Origin: Gracilinanus agilis
Lineage: Eukaryota
Length of the DNA: 62,786 nt
Assembly (NCBI RefSeq): GCF_016433145.1
Contig: NC_058132.1
Span: 599,365,893-599,428,678 of the forward strand
Direction of reading: 5' to 3'
Below, piece by piece: positions 11,819-23,989 of this stretch; the stretch's first letter is position 1; each line of letters starts with the position of its first letter. Below the pieces are notes generated by a model. That model made no database searches. It was given only the letters and a program-made list of their open reading frames with translations, and was not told where the DNA came from. The position numbers and the translations under genes were made by a program.

Positions 11819-12149
11819 TATAACCACCTGGTAATTTCTTAATGGCTTATTCATGGCTAATACCTGGATGCTTAAAATAGTATGACTATGTCCTGGGAAA
11901 GATCCTCCTAAACAGCAGCAGCAAATCAAACATCTCCAGCTCCTAAAGAATGTCTCATTTCTGTTTTAATCTGCTTTGCACAGTGATTTCTCATTTAATT
12001 TAGTCAATAAAAGTGGAAAGTTCTTTCTCAATTTTGCATTATGGGCTGGATTTAAAATATGGAGTTAAAAGATATGTCAAGCCATTTTATATCAAGATAT
12101 ATTTTTCAGGTTTGGGACTGATTTTCCTGAAAGCTTCTTGAGACTTAGG

Positions 12150-12297
12150 GCAGCCTATACCAGCTCTGCCACCTACCAGTTGTGCCATCTTGGACAAGTT
12201 ATTCCTTGTCTCTGAACCTTAGTTTCTTCTTTTGTAAAATGAGGAGACTGGATTAAGAAATCTCCAAGATCCCTTTGGGCCCTACATCTGTGATCCC
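12150..12297 (+). mobile_element. MIR3-type SINE
   Basis: agctctgccacctaccagttgtgccatcttggacaagtt…cttagtttcttcttttgtaaaatgaggag…atctccaagatccc. Confidence 0.75.
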
Positions 12298-13289
12298 AGA
12301 ATGCCATGTTAATTATTAAAATTACTCCCTCTAGGCCTAAAGATGTCCCTCTCTTCTCTTAGAGCTTTTCTCTTCTGTTCTTAGGCTAGTGCTTTGGGAT
12401 AAGAATATTTAATCATTCAGAGGATGTTAGTACTGCTTTACAAAAAGTGTTTTATAAATCCTGGCCATAAGCAGACCTGCCTCTGAGCATAGGGGCTGGG
12501 AAGGTACCAAATAGATATTATTTTTAAAAGAAAGAAAATATAATTTTTGTTGTAAAAATAAATGAAATCTGTATCTTTGTATTTCAGTTCAGGCCCCAAA
12601 CATTCATAGTAGTTATTTTTCATAAAATGATCTTACATTAATGTTATATTACTCTTCACTGTAATGAGACTTTGATTTGTATCAATATCCTGAGAACTTG
12701 GTGACAATGCTAAGGTAATAAATAATGTAAGGCCAAAGGAAATGAAGTGTAATGGTGGGAATGCATGTTCTTTGTGCAAATGCTTAGTTGCCAAGGCAAT
12801 GGCATATCAATAGTATTTTCATAAATTAAATTAAGATACATACTGAAACTAAATATCTCATTTCCCTTTATTACTATTTCATATGTATGTACCTATTAGG
12901 AGTAAGAACAAAATTAGATATAAGAAACCCAGTCTAAAAAGCAAACCCAGGCTATTCATTTATTTGACCTGAGGTACAGTCACCTTCTTATCACATCTAT
13001 TTCATTTTCTCAATTTTTTCTCATTTTTCTCATCTCTTCCTTCTTCCCTCCTCCTCCACAGTTAACTCTAGCATTGACTCAGATATACATCCTGATGCTA
13101 TTGCTCTCGAAACAGGAATGGATAGCAAGTCATTAGCCTTACAGTAAAAATCCTGTTCAACCATATTTTCACAAGATCTAAGCATTTCGGTGTTACCAAG
13201 CCTCATTCGGAACCTGAATTGGTTTATAAAAATAAAATCCACTGTACATTGATTTTTTTTTATTTTTGTTAGGGGATCATGTTATTATG

Positions 13290-13465
13290 TCTGCACTTTA
13301 TAATATAGTCTAAAATATGATACTATCAGACCTTCTTCTTTTACATTTTTTTATTTATTCCTTTGATATTCTTGACCTTTTGTTTTTTCCAAATTAATTT
13401 TATTATTTTTTCTAATTCAATAAAATAATGTTTTGGTAGTTTAATTAGAATGGATTTGAATAATA
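13290..13465 (-). mobile_element. L1 ORF2 fragment
   Basis: tttataatatagtctaaaatatgatact…ctttgatattcttgacctttgttttttccaaattaattttattattttttctaattcaataaaataatgttttggtagtttaattagaatgg, a typical antisense L1 ORF2 stretch. Confidence 0.75.
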
Positions 13466-13689
13466 AATATACAGATAGAGAGACTGGTACACATACACCC
13501 CAAAAGACTCCCATGATGTAGCAATATACCTAAACAATATAAGCCTACATAGATTACAGTTATTTTTTGTTTGTTTTTGTTTTTTTAGCTAAGTGTTCCA
13601 ATGCATTCAATATAAACGAGAATATGTTAAAGACAGCACCTAGCGTCCCTCAGTGAGATCAAAGTACAAAATGGATAAATTATATTTTA

Positions 13690-14325
13690 GAAGAGCAAAA
13701 GAACAAGTTGTTGCAATTTAATTAATTCATTTAGAATAATGATTGTATTCTTCAGTGCCCCAATTTTAGGATCATGATAAATTTGAGAGCATCCATAGAA
13801 TGGAAACCAGTTTAATGAAGATCTGGAATCTGTGACCTACAAGATGTCACAAAAATCTTAATACAGTTTTAAACTTTCATAGCTTAAGTAAAGATTAAAG
13901 AGTAAAACTGCAATAAAATTTAGAGATATCTTGAATAAGGATCAATAGAAGACATGTTTATTTTGGAGAAGAAAAGATCTGGTATATAAGAAGAAGAGAT
14001 ATAACAGTTGTCCTTGGGTAGTCATGATAAAGAGGAGAAAGAAGGGTTAGATTTATTCTTCTTTGCTTCCGAGATCAGTAACAATTAGAAGTTTGTGGAA
14101 GTTAAAATCAGACAAATTTAGACTTCCTATCAGGGAAAAATCCTAATACTGACAAATCTCCAAAAGCCAAATGAGCTACTTATTACATGGTGTGGTAGTT
14201 TTTCCCTCATTGGAAATCTTTAAACAGAGACTGAATACCTGGCAGGTATATGATGTAGCGAGGATTTTTGTCAGGGATCTGGATTGAATTGGATGGCCAT
14301 TATGTTCCTTTCCAACTCTGTAAGT
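13690..14325 (+). mobile_element. L3/CR1 LINE 3' segment
   Basis: tgataaatttgagagcatccatagaatggaaacc…ttggagaagaaaagatctgg…ttccctcattggaaatctttaaacagagactgaat…ggattgaattggatggccattatgttcctttccaactctg. Confidence 0.8.
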
Positions 14326-15183
14326 TCTTTGCCATTTTTCAATACTGTGAAAGAGATGCCAGTTAGATGATTGTACAGGTTAATGGATTCAGATTTGATT
14401 TAATATTTGTCAAAGTCCACTTGGGCAATGGCTCTAGTCAGTTGTCATAGGAATTTGTGAACTTTTGCTTATAAGCTTAAAAATCAGTGACATGGCATTA
14501 TAGAAAATATGCTTATTAAATTATTATTCTCCTTATTTGATACCTGAGGAAACTGAGATTCAGATAGTTTTAAATATCTTGTCCAAAGTTGCAGCTGAAA
14601 TGCAGAACCAGAACTTAAAATGTTGATGCCTACCTATATAAGTCTGGCTTTTTTCCCCACTATGCTACATGGCCTTGAAACAGATCTTAGTATTTTCTTT
14701 CAAATTCATCCAGTGCATCATTGACCAGAGAGCTTCTAAGGTAATCCCAAGTATAAGAGAATGGGAAAAGCTTAGTTCAGCACTTCTTTGCACATCACTA
14801 ACATTTTCAAAGTCAAATCTGTTTCCTTAAAATTTATATTTTGCCATTTTTCATACTCAGCATTTGAAAGAAGAGCTGCTCTAGTACTGACATGTCTTGC
14901 GCTTTTCTTTTCATTGAAACTCTCTTATGTATTGTGTTTCTTATCCACCTCTGCTGCTTTAAACATTTCATTGAGAACCCAGATAAATAGTGTTTCCTCT
15001 CCTAGTACAGGTTTCATTTTATGGAGGAATTTAGAATCTCAAGAGAGACATCAGTTTAATCTGACTAATTATTTATGATATAGATGAAATGGGTTTTGGA
15101 TAGATCTCTCATGCTTTTGAATGTTTTTTTATATAAAAATTAAATTTTAAAAATGAATTAATGCAAATGAATGCCATATAGAA

Positions 15184-15390
15184 TAATAATAACCAGTTTA
15201 TAAAAGACTTACTATGTGCCAGGCACTGTGCTAAGCACTTGGCAAATATTGATCTCATTTTATTCTCACAATAACCCTTCCAGATAGGTGCTACTGTTAT
15301 TATCCCAATTTTATACTTCAGGCAACTGAAGCAAAGGTTATAAATTAATCAAGGTCACACAATTGTTAATTGTCTAAGTCTGGATTTCAT
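15184..15390 (-). mobile_element. MIR SINE
   Basis: ttactatgtgccaggcactgtgctaagcactt…atctcattttattctcacaataaccct…ataggtgctactgttattatcccaatttta…aaggtcacac. Confidence 0.85.
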
Positions 15391-15663
15391 AATGGATAAA
15401 TAGAGATGGGATTCTAAAATTTCATTTATTTTGCAACCTCTGAACCTTGTACCAAGAGGTGATATTTGATCATTACACTGATAAAATACCATGATATGCA
15501 ACATCTTAAATCTATTTTATTTTACCCACCTTCTACATCCAATTTAAGTATACATGTGTATTTCTTTAATATTTTGTATTTAATAGACTATTCCATTTTC
15601 ATTGTAGTAATCTTCAAAACAACATGAAAGATTATTTAAGTTCTGAAAGGAATAGTACTATTT

Positions 15664-15907
15664 TTGTTGTTCTTATTGTTTAGTCATTTCAGTTGTGCCT
15701 GACCTTTCAGGACTTCTTTTGGGGTTTCCTGGCAAAGATTCTGGAGTAGTTTGCCATTTCCTTTTCCAGCTTATTTTACAGATGAGGAAAGTGAAACAAA
15801 TAAGGTTAAGTGACATTCCCAGGATCACACAGCTGAAGCCAGATTTGAACTCAGGAAAGATGAGTCTTCTTGACTCCAGACTTGGCACTCACTGTGCCTT
15901 AGTTCCC
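15664..15907 (-). mobile_element. MAR1-type SINE
   Basis: gtttagtcatttcagttgtgcctgacc…ggggtttcctggcaaagattctggagtagtttgccatttcc…tttacagatgaggaaagtga…gatttgaactcaggaaagatgagtcttcttgactcc. Confidence 0.88.
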
Positions 15908-15971
15908 AACAACAAAAACTTTTGTTAGTTTGGTTTCAAGAAAAGGCCATCTTAATATATGTTTATCTTTT

Positions 15972-16142
15972 TTTAAACATTTATTAATATTTATTTTTTA
16001 GAAAAGTTAACATGGTTACATAATTCATGCTCTTACTTTCCCCTTCACCCTCCGAGCTCCCCCCACCATGGCTGATGTGTATTTCCACTGGTTTTAACAT
16101 GTGTCATTGATCAAGACCTATTTCCAAATTGTTGATCGTTGC
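15972..16142 (-). mobile_element. 5'-truncated L1 (opossum-type 3' UTR) with TSD
   Basis: Poly-T followed by aaacatttattaatatttatttttagaaaagttaacatggttacataattcatgctcttactttcccc…gatcaagacctatttccaaattgttgat. TSD tatgtttatctttt (15958-15971) / tatgtttgtctttt (16143-16156). Confidence 0.82.
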
Positions 16143-16659
16143 TATGTTTGTCTTTTAACATTAAAAAAAATTCCTTAACATGTTTAGTTCTAAGCTGTAC
16201 TTTTCCCACAACTATAACTCCTACCCTACCTTCACTGGTGTTAGGATCAGGCTTACCCTAACTACCCCTTCAACTTCCCCACCTAACTTAGCAGTAATCA
16301 TTCCCTTTTCCTCCCAAATCAGATCTCAGTTTATAAAGCCAATTTAAAACTACCATCTCCAACTCCAAACCCAAACTCCCTTCTATTAACCCTCCATACA
16401 TCCATGTAGCTGAAAATCATTATTCTCTGGGTATCTTGGATATCCCACCCACTCTGTGAACAGACTCTTTCCTATGGTAAGAAGAATGGAAAAAATCTCA
16501 TGTTTTGAGATCCCTTACTTAAAACATGCTGAGCATTGACTTAAAGAGGTTCTGACCAACTAATTAAAAAGATGGGAGGTTTATACACAGACACAAAGTA
16601 CATTGATAGAGACAAGCATTATTATTTTCCCCAGACCCCATTATTAATTCTAATAATAA

Positions 16660-16890
16660 AGATAAAGTGATTTCATACAGAATTTTCTAATTTATAAAAC
16701 AATTTATATAAATTATATCTTTTGTTCCTTTTAAATACTCTAGGAGTTAGATAGTACAATTGTACTATCTCCATTTTCAGATAAGCAAACTGAGACCAGA
16801 GCCAGTAAATGACTTTGCAAAAGACACACAAGTAGGCAATGCTGGGATAAGAACCCAGGTCAGATTGATTTCTAGTTCTCTTTCCAATCA
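16660..16890 (-). mobile_element. MIR SINE
   Basis: tatctccattttcagataagcaaactgagaccagag…aaatgactttgcaaaagacacac…gggataagaacccagg. Confidence 0.7.
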
Positions 16891-16929
16891 GTCACACAGT
16901 TCATGGCCTTCCCTAGGGAGATGAAATAA

Positions 16930-17110
16930 GTATGGTGGAAAGAGTATTGGACTTGGTGTCAAAATCTGGGTCTAGAGCCCAAATCTGCTTACAAGATGGA
17001 CTAGGTGACTATGGGAAGGCCCTTTTACTGTTCTCAACTAGCCTCTGTTTTCTTCATCTTATAGATGACGAAATAAACTAGATAATCCCCAAAGTCCCTT
17101 CTAGCTCCAT
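16930..17110 (+). mobile_element. MIR3-type SINE
   Basis: gtatggtggaaagagtattggacttggtgtcaaaatctgggtct…gcctctgttttcttcatcttatagatg…ctagataatccccaaagtcccttctagctc. Confidence 0.7.
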
Positions 17111-18519
17111 ATGAAAGTATTTTTAAAGCAAAATCCACTGGTGCCAACACTGCTTCCATTTTATTTTACTTCCTCAAAATTGATCATCACTTTTAAAAAC
17201 TAGTTAAAATGCAGTAAGTGAGTCTGACTTAATGAAAAAAATTGGACTTGATTTGTTCTCTGGCCTAGTTTGTGCTTTCTAAGTTGTTGTTTCCTACACT
17301 ACATAGCATTTGGACAAAACCTTTTAGAAAGTATATCTTGCCAAAAGCATTTCTAGTCTACATTGACTGTCAAGTGTTCCTTGCAGGAAAGTCCTTCAGG
17401 TCACGTAAGTTATGAACCCTTTTAAAACCAATTGTACTTACTCCTATATCACAGAGAGAATTCAGAGAAGGGGCAAGTCAAAACATAAAATCCCATTTTT
17501 ATTCACATTTATCAGAAGCTTGTTTGTTATCACAATTCACCAAATTAGAATGGTAATTGTACCATCACCTACCATATCAAGAAAGGAATTGAGAAAGAAG
17601 GACTTGTAAATCAGTAATTAGTAATAATTATCTAACTTTCATGTTCCTCTGAAAGTCTTTTCTGAGTATTAATCTCTATTTTAGCAATAGTTTGTCCATT
17701 CTTGGGATTGGCTATATTTTCCCCTATTTTTGACTGCTCTTCATATTCCAACGTGACTGACCATGCTTTGTTATGCACTGGAATGATCCTTGAAATGCCT
17801 GATTTTTCTATACCAACATCCGCTGCAAAATCTTTTATAACTATTGAAGTGTTCTCTTAAGAGCTACAAGTTTTGCATATTTCCTTTAAGTAATATCCAT
17901 TCTAAAAAGTTATAGTACTAAAAAAACATAGGAGAGCAATGAAACACATATGATCTGAAAATACTATTCAATTGACAGACAACTAACTATCATTAGTGGA
18001 GAAGGCAGTTTTGTATGCTTCATCTGGTCAAGGTCAAATTTTTGAGTCAGCCTAATGTCAGTAAAATTATATATACATGACTATTAATATCCAAAATTAT
18101 GATATTTTTAAAATATTGTTAGACCCAAGAAATTTGCTGACTACTTTGGATACCAGGAGACTTTAAACCAAAATATTCTTTATTCCAAGTTCAGTAGACA
18201 CTGTCCATTATTCCAAAATTATAGATATTTAGTAAAGAATAAATGTGTGTTTGTTAATTTAGATGTGAAAAACAATGTCATGACTGATATTGTCCATTCC
18301 AATTTAAAAAATCAATTTTTTCAAATTATTTCATGCATACATACCAAATATGTCCATATGATTCTGTTAAGCACTTTACCAACTATTACCTATATTGGGA
18401 AATGTGTTACAGAAATCAAGTAGGAACAAGCACAAAGCTTTGGTGTTGAAGGCTCATAAGCATGCACATTTCAAGTCCTGAATCATTATGTCAAAAACAT
18501 TTAAATATTTCAGTGTATC

Positions 18520-19140
18520 CCCAATCAACAGCCTCTTACTATTTACCAGCTACTGTATTTGGTATTAGGGATTAAAAGACAGAAGGGAAACAGTTCCTCC
18601 TCTTAGGAACTTCCATTCTAATGAAATGCTCTGTGTGTATGTGCAAATACACACTCATACATTAAGCACATATAAAACAGGTACAGTATAATCATCTAAC
18701 CTTGAGGGAAAGTTATAGGACCAGCAAAAATGGCATTTTGCCATGATTTGAAGGAAACCATGGATTCCAAGAGGCTCAAATGAGGTGGAAGAATGTTCTA
18801 GACATGAGCAAGAGTCAGTGCAAAGGGACAGAATTAGAGTGCAGTTTATTAAAAGACCAGTGTTATTAAATCATAGAATACATCGAAACAAGTAATACGT
18901 CAAAGGAAGGAAAGGTAGATTGCAGTGAAAAGCTTTAACTACTAGGCAAAGGAATTTATATTTGAGTCTGAGGGAACCACTGAAGCTTTTTGAGTAGAGG
19001 CATGACTTGGTTGAACTTTTCCTTTAGAAAATCACTTCTTGAACTTGTTGAATTTCTATAGAAGTATGGAGAGACTTGAGTCAGAAAGAACAATTAAGAG
19101 GCTATTGCAACAGTTATTTATAGCTCTTGTGATAAGGGCT
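18520..19140 (-). mobile_element. L2 LINE 3' segment
   Basis: ctatttaccagctactgtatttggtattagggattaaaagacagaagggaaacagttcctcc…ctaggcaaaggaatttatatttgagtctgagggaaccactgaagctttttgagtagagg…agaggctattgcaacag. Confidence 0.75.
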
Positions 19141-20720
19141 AGTACTTTGAGATAGATAAGGTATATAATACTAGAAATGGAAAGGTCAAATGTGGAGGAA
19201 GTCTCAATCACTTGAATAGTTCAGATAAGCCATATGGGCCATAGAACAAAAGAATATTTGTTCATCCTTTTTGCAAAATTCTCTTTGGCAGTTAATTGAA
19301 AATGAGTGTTAACCAATACCTGAAGGCTCCTGGTTAGTGTCAGAGATTAAAAACTGTCTTGGAATTGTCCACAAGAGTGTTGCTGCTCCTGAGGTGCCAC
19401 AGGAAGGCAGTACCCATAATCATTGTTAGGATACAGCCAAATGCTTTATTCCTACTGTTTTGGTTACCAGTTGCCAGAATAAGAATGTGAGAAATAATAA
19501 TGGGACAGTTTATTCCAACAAGTGCTCTTGGCTAGAATCTAGAAAAATTGAGCTTTTGCCATAATTCTGAAATTTGCAGAACATAGATGTTCGTTATTTA
19601 CTTTTTTTTCCCTCACCAGTAACCCGACTATAAACTTGAAGACCTAAATGATTCAAGCTGTTCCATTGACATGGATAGGGTTTAGTTCCCCTAATTGCAT
19701 TTTAATTTATTGGTTAATCTTACATGTTAGAGAGACCAGAAGTTAAATAAATAGCTGTATGTCCAATACTCCTTTCCTTTTCTATGACATTGCTTTCGTG
19801 AAAGAGAGGAGGCTTGTCTGGGATTTGGAGCTGTTTTGCATTATTTGTTTCATGGATCATCATGGTCAATGAATACCTCATCATTAACTAATTTAAATCT
19901 GGTGGCTTAGAGAAATCATAGGAAGGATCCAGTGCATCCTTATCCTAGTTCTACAATGGAAATTAAGTGTATATTTCAATAAAATTCGATCAGAGTGCCA
20001 AATAAAAATAGCACTTTATACTCACTTGATAAATCCAAGCCATCCTCACTCTCTGTGTCTTCCTTCTAGGTAACTCTGAGTTTCCTGAAATTATTGCTTT
20101 AGTGATCATAGTTATTTTAGCTTCAATGCTCTTCCAATTGCAAGTGAATTTATGTCATTCCCAATTCGTGATTACATGATAAGACTGTCAGAGGTGTGCT
20201 ATTACTGGATTCCACAGGGGTAGAACTGTGTGCTTTCCCTCATTCCCTGGGTACTGACAAGGAAAAAGTCACAACCTCATTGAGTGTGGCATCTAACTTC
20301 CACTATGTAGGGAAGTTGGATGTCTAGATTTAAGGTCAGAAGGCAGTGTGCATCAAACAGTTTCAGTTGTCAACACCTAATTGTCTGAACTGGCAAATAA
20401 TCTTTCTTTTTGAGTAGTAGATATCCAATATGTTTTGAGCAGGACCTGGGAATAATCATACTTTTCCTTCACAGATCAAAGAAAATACTTTCACTTATTC
20501 TCTATTTGCAGAGAACTGTATCTTAGCATGGTGGAAGTACCAAAGGAACTTATCCCTTCATCCTCAATATGCACCTATTTGTCTCTTGCTGCAGCTTAGA
20601 GTCCATCAATATTCTGTAGTTAAGCAGGAACTTTGAAGAATGTTAAAAGGTCTTTGGTTCAATCTTACATACTTGTATTGATACTGGCACATTCACTCAT
20701 GCACAGACCCTTTCCCCAGA

Positions 20721-20923
20721 AAAGAGTTCTTAACCTCTTTTTTTCTTTAGATATGGTTCCCTTTGACATTCAGGTGAAGTCTATGGACCCCTTCTCAGAA
20801 TCACATTACACAATGTAGAAAATAAAATATATAAGCTTATAAAGGAAACCAGTTATATTGAAAACGGGTATAAAGTATTTTAAAAAATAAACAAATTCAA
20901 GGATCTCTTATTAAGAATCCCTG
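20721..20923 (+). mobile_element. Charlie4-like hAT MITE (old)
   Basis: gagttcttaacct…ccctttgacattcaggtgaagtctatggaccccttctcagaat…aaaataaaatatataag…aaaggaaaccagttatattgaaa…ttaagaatccctg. TSD is not cleanly preserved. Confidence 0.72.
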
Positions 20924-21339
20924 GTCTAGAGCTTGACCATGGTACCTTAACCTGGGTCATAGTACCTAAAATTTTCTTCTTCTCACCATTTGACTTTGAA
21001 ATTTAACTGTCTTTGAAAGCTCAACTCAAAAGTCACTTCCCCCACTAAGTCTTTCCTCATTATCTCTCACATAGCAGTTTGATTTTAGAATCTCTAATAC
21101 ACTTATTTTTCAATTATTCAACAAAATTAGTTAGTTGTTTGATAACTTCATCTTTATATGCATCCTTGACTGTCTACTATACTGAAAACACCCTGAGAAG
21201 GGATAGATTCTACACCTGTGAAATGGGTAAAATACAGAATGATTGTGAGAATCAAATGAGATCATATTTGTAAAGAGCTTTTCCAACCATAAAGCATATT
21301 TTAGAGGATCTTCTACCACTTAAATGGCCTAAGAAACCA

Positions 21340-21490
21340 GGGTTGGTTGTGCTGGTAATTATTTAACAACTGTTTTTTTCGTGGAGTAGAATATAGGAAA
21401 CAATGTATATATGATACACTCTAAAGTTTAATCTGCATTATTGGCAATTTTTGCATCACTTTCTGAAGACTAGATAATCAATTAAGCAGT
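21340..21490 (+). mobile_element. MER63-like (hAT-Blackjack) DNA transposon fragment
   Basis: gtgctggtaattatttaacaac…gatacactctaaagtttaatctgcattattggcaattttgcatcactttctgaagactagataatcaa. Confidence 0.6.
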
Positions 21491-22678
21491 ACCTCAAGAA
21501 AGAAGCACTATGTAAATGCTAAAATTATTATTATTCTCTAAACTTTTTATCTTCTAGTGTCTATCACAGCACCATGTGCATATAAGGATTTATAGAACTG
21601 TAACATTGAGCATTATGGTATAAGGAATAGGACCCTAGACTTGTAATCAGGAAAAAGCTAAAGTTCTTTCTTAGAAGCTTAGAATCTGTAACCCTTGGAA
21701 AATCTTTTAATTTGTCTGTGCCTCACTTTTCCCCCTCTATAAAAGTAGAGAATTGGACCCATAATTTTTAAAGCCCCTTTCACTGTTAAGTGTATTGTTC
21801 TATGATAGGATAGGTAATAGGGTTCAGGATTAGGATGTTGATAATGGAAGAGATGGGGAAGAGATGGTACAAGAAAAGAAGAGGCTTTCAAATATGATTC
21901 CAAGATTTTGAACTTGAATGTGAAGAATTTCCTGGATATCAACTTCTTCATTCATTTCCTTTACACATATGTACCTTTTACTCCAACTCTGAATTTATCC
22001 CTGGCTCTGGGGTGAAATACAATGATAACCATGAAAAAGGAGCATATAAGATGAGCCTGCCTTAGAAGAAGTTTGGCACAGTGTTACTTATTCTTGTTGC
22101 TGGTTCCCCATACCCCATACTTATTTTCCATCTTTATCATTGCCTGTCTGGATCTTGACCTATCACTTAATCTGAATGTTGACTCATGCCTGCCTTCCTG
22201 TGCAGTTTTCATACCTTTCCTAGTTTCTTGATCTTGCCTTGATTGGACTTTGACCTTGATTTTCTTCTCCTGCCTATTTGGCACTCTTTCTGTATGTAGA
22301 GGGTTCCCCCAACTCTGATCTCTCAATAAATGCCTGACTTGACCCCACATCTCAGATAGTTTGTAGAAATAGTGAAGTCCAGAGAGGAAATGGTTTGTAT
22401 AGAAAATGATCACTTCAGTTTAAAATGTGTTGAGTTTAAGGTGACAGGATGGCCTCCAAATAAAGATGTTTGTTGAAAATAGGAAATGAGTTATCGTCAT
22501 AATAATACTTGAAACCATGAGGATATATGAATTCTGCAAGGGAGAACATATGTAGAAGACTAACCCTTTAGGAATACCTATCCTTGGTAGGAAAAGGAAT
22601 AGGAGACAGGTTAAAAACCAAAAAGAAATAATTTAAGAGATCATCTGAAAGCCAAGATTTATGCAGATAGATTCAGTT

Positions 22679-22712
22679 TATATATATATATATATATGTA
22701 AATATATATATA
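22679..22712. repeat. (TA)n microsatellite, interrupted
   Basis: Read directly from the sequence. Confidence 0.9.
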
Positions 22713-23989
22713 ATTCAGACTATATAGATATAGATCCAGGTAGATAGATCTGAAAACCAAAATAGATCATGAAGATTGAAGGAAGTAATTAGTCATGGTC
22801 AATAGTATCATTTTGGCAGAGAGGTTGTTTTTCTAGAGGTAGTTACAACAAAACAAGTTCTGTTGAGAGACATATTTTTGTTTGTTTTTGTGATGGAATA
22901 TTCCTTTTTATGGCTCCCTCTATACTGGTCATAGAATGACCTCCTCTATCAGACTGTTCTGTCTCCTTCCATGCTCATTCTTACTTTCTCTTTGTCTAAT
23001 TTCCTCCTCTTTACTGTGGCAGAAGGCAAACTCCCATCTTACTTCTTAGGTAGGTGATGTATCATCCTGCAAGACCTATCATCAGATTTAGTTTCTTGAA
23101 TCCTTTTCTACCTCATGGCAAAGGGGAAAGTAGACTAGATTTGAAGCTAACAGATCTCATAGGCAATTTTTAACATTTTGGGGTCTCAGTTTTCTTCATG
23201 ACAAAATGGAAGACTTTACCAGATTTTGCCATTTCATCATTTTCAAATGTTCATAATATACTTTGTTCTCCCCTGGAATTCTGGGTGAGACTTGACCCTG
23301 TATTTTGCAGGAATTCCACCCTGCCATTTTCCATGTTACAACTTGTAAGATCCTTGAGGGCAGGGACTGTTTTTTTTTTAATTTTGTGACTTGATCACCA
23401 AAGACAAAATAATGAAAACACTTTAATAAATGCTTGTTGGATTGGATTTGATGAAACAAAGAAACCATAAGTTCCTCAAGGACAATAATTTCCATTATAC
23501 TCTGTATTCTTCACCATGGCAATAGGCATATAATAAGATTTCCACAAATACTTGTTGAATTGAATTTAAATGTTGCTGTGTTTTTTCCTAAATTCCTCCT
23601 GAGAGTTCTTAGATACAAATATATGTTTGACTGTGAAGGTGTGGGCAATCTTTAATGTTGTGCTATAAGAAAAATAAAACACACACAGGAGAGTTCTTAT
23701 TCCAAACAAAGTTGTCATTCCCTTTTCTTTCTTTAAAAATGTTTTATCATAAAATAAAAAAACACCAGTAAATATGAACATTTCGATAAAGATCAAAAAT
23801 GAGGATTTCATTTTAAGCCATACATCTGTAATATACAACTCATTTTAAATATTTGTTAACTTTAAGGTGGTAGTACCAAAACCTGACCTTCTGTGTTTCT
23901 TTCTGAACTTTCTTCTGTGTAGTTCTGAAATATTAAATTGATAGTCTTCTTTTTGAGTGTACAGTATTACTACCCCTTTAGGCCTCTCC

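Noticed and set aside
16200-16410. C-rich, G-poor stretch resembling mitochondrial DNA (numt)
   Set aside because: No frame gave a recognisable mitochondrial protein, tRNA or rRNA sequence. Strand skew like this is typical of old L2 fragments.
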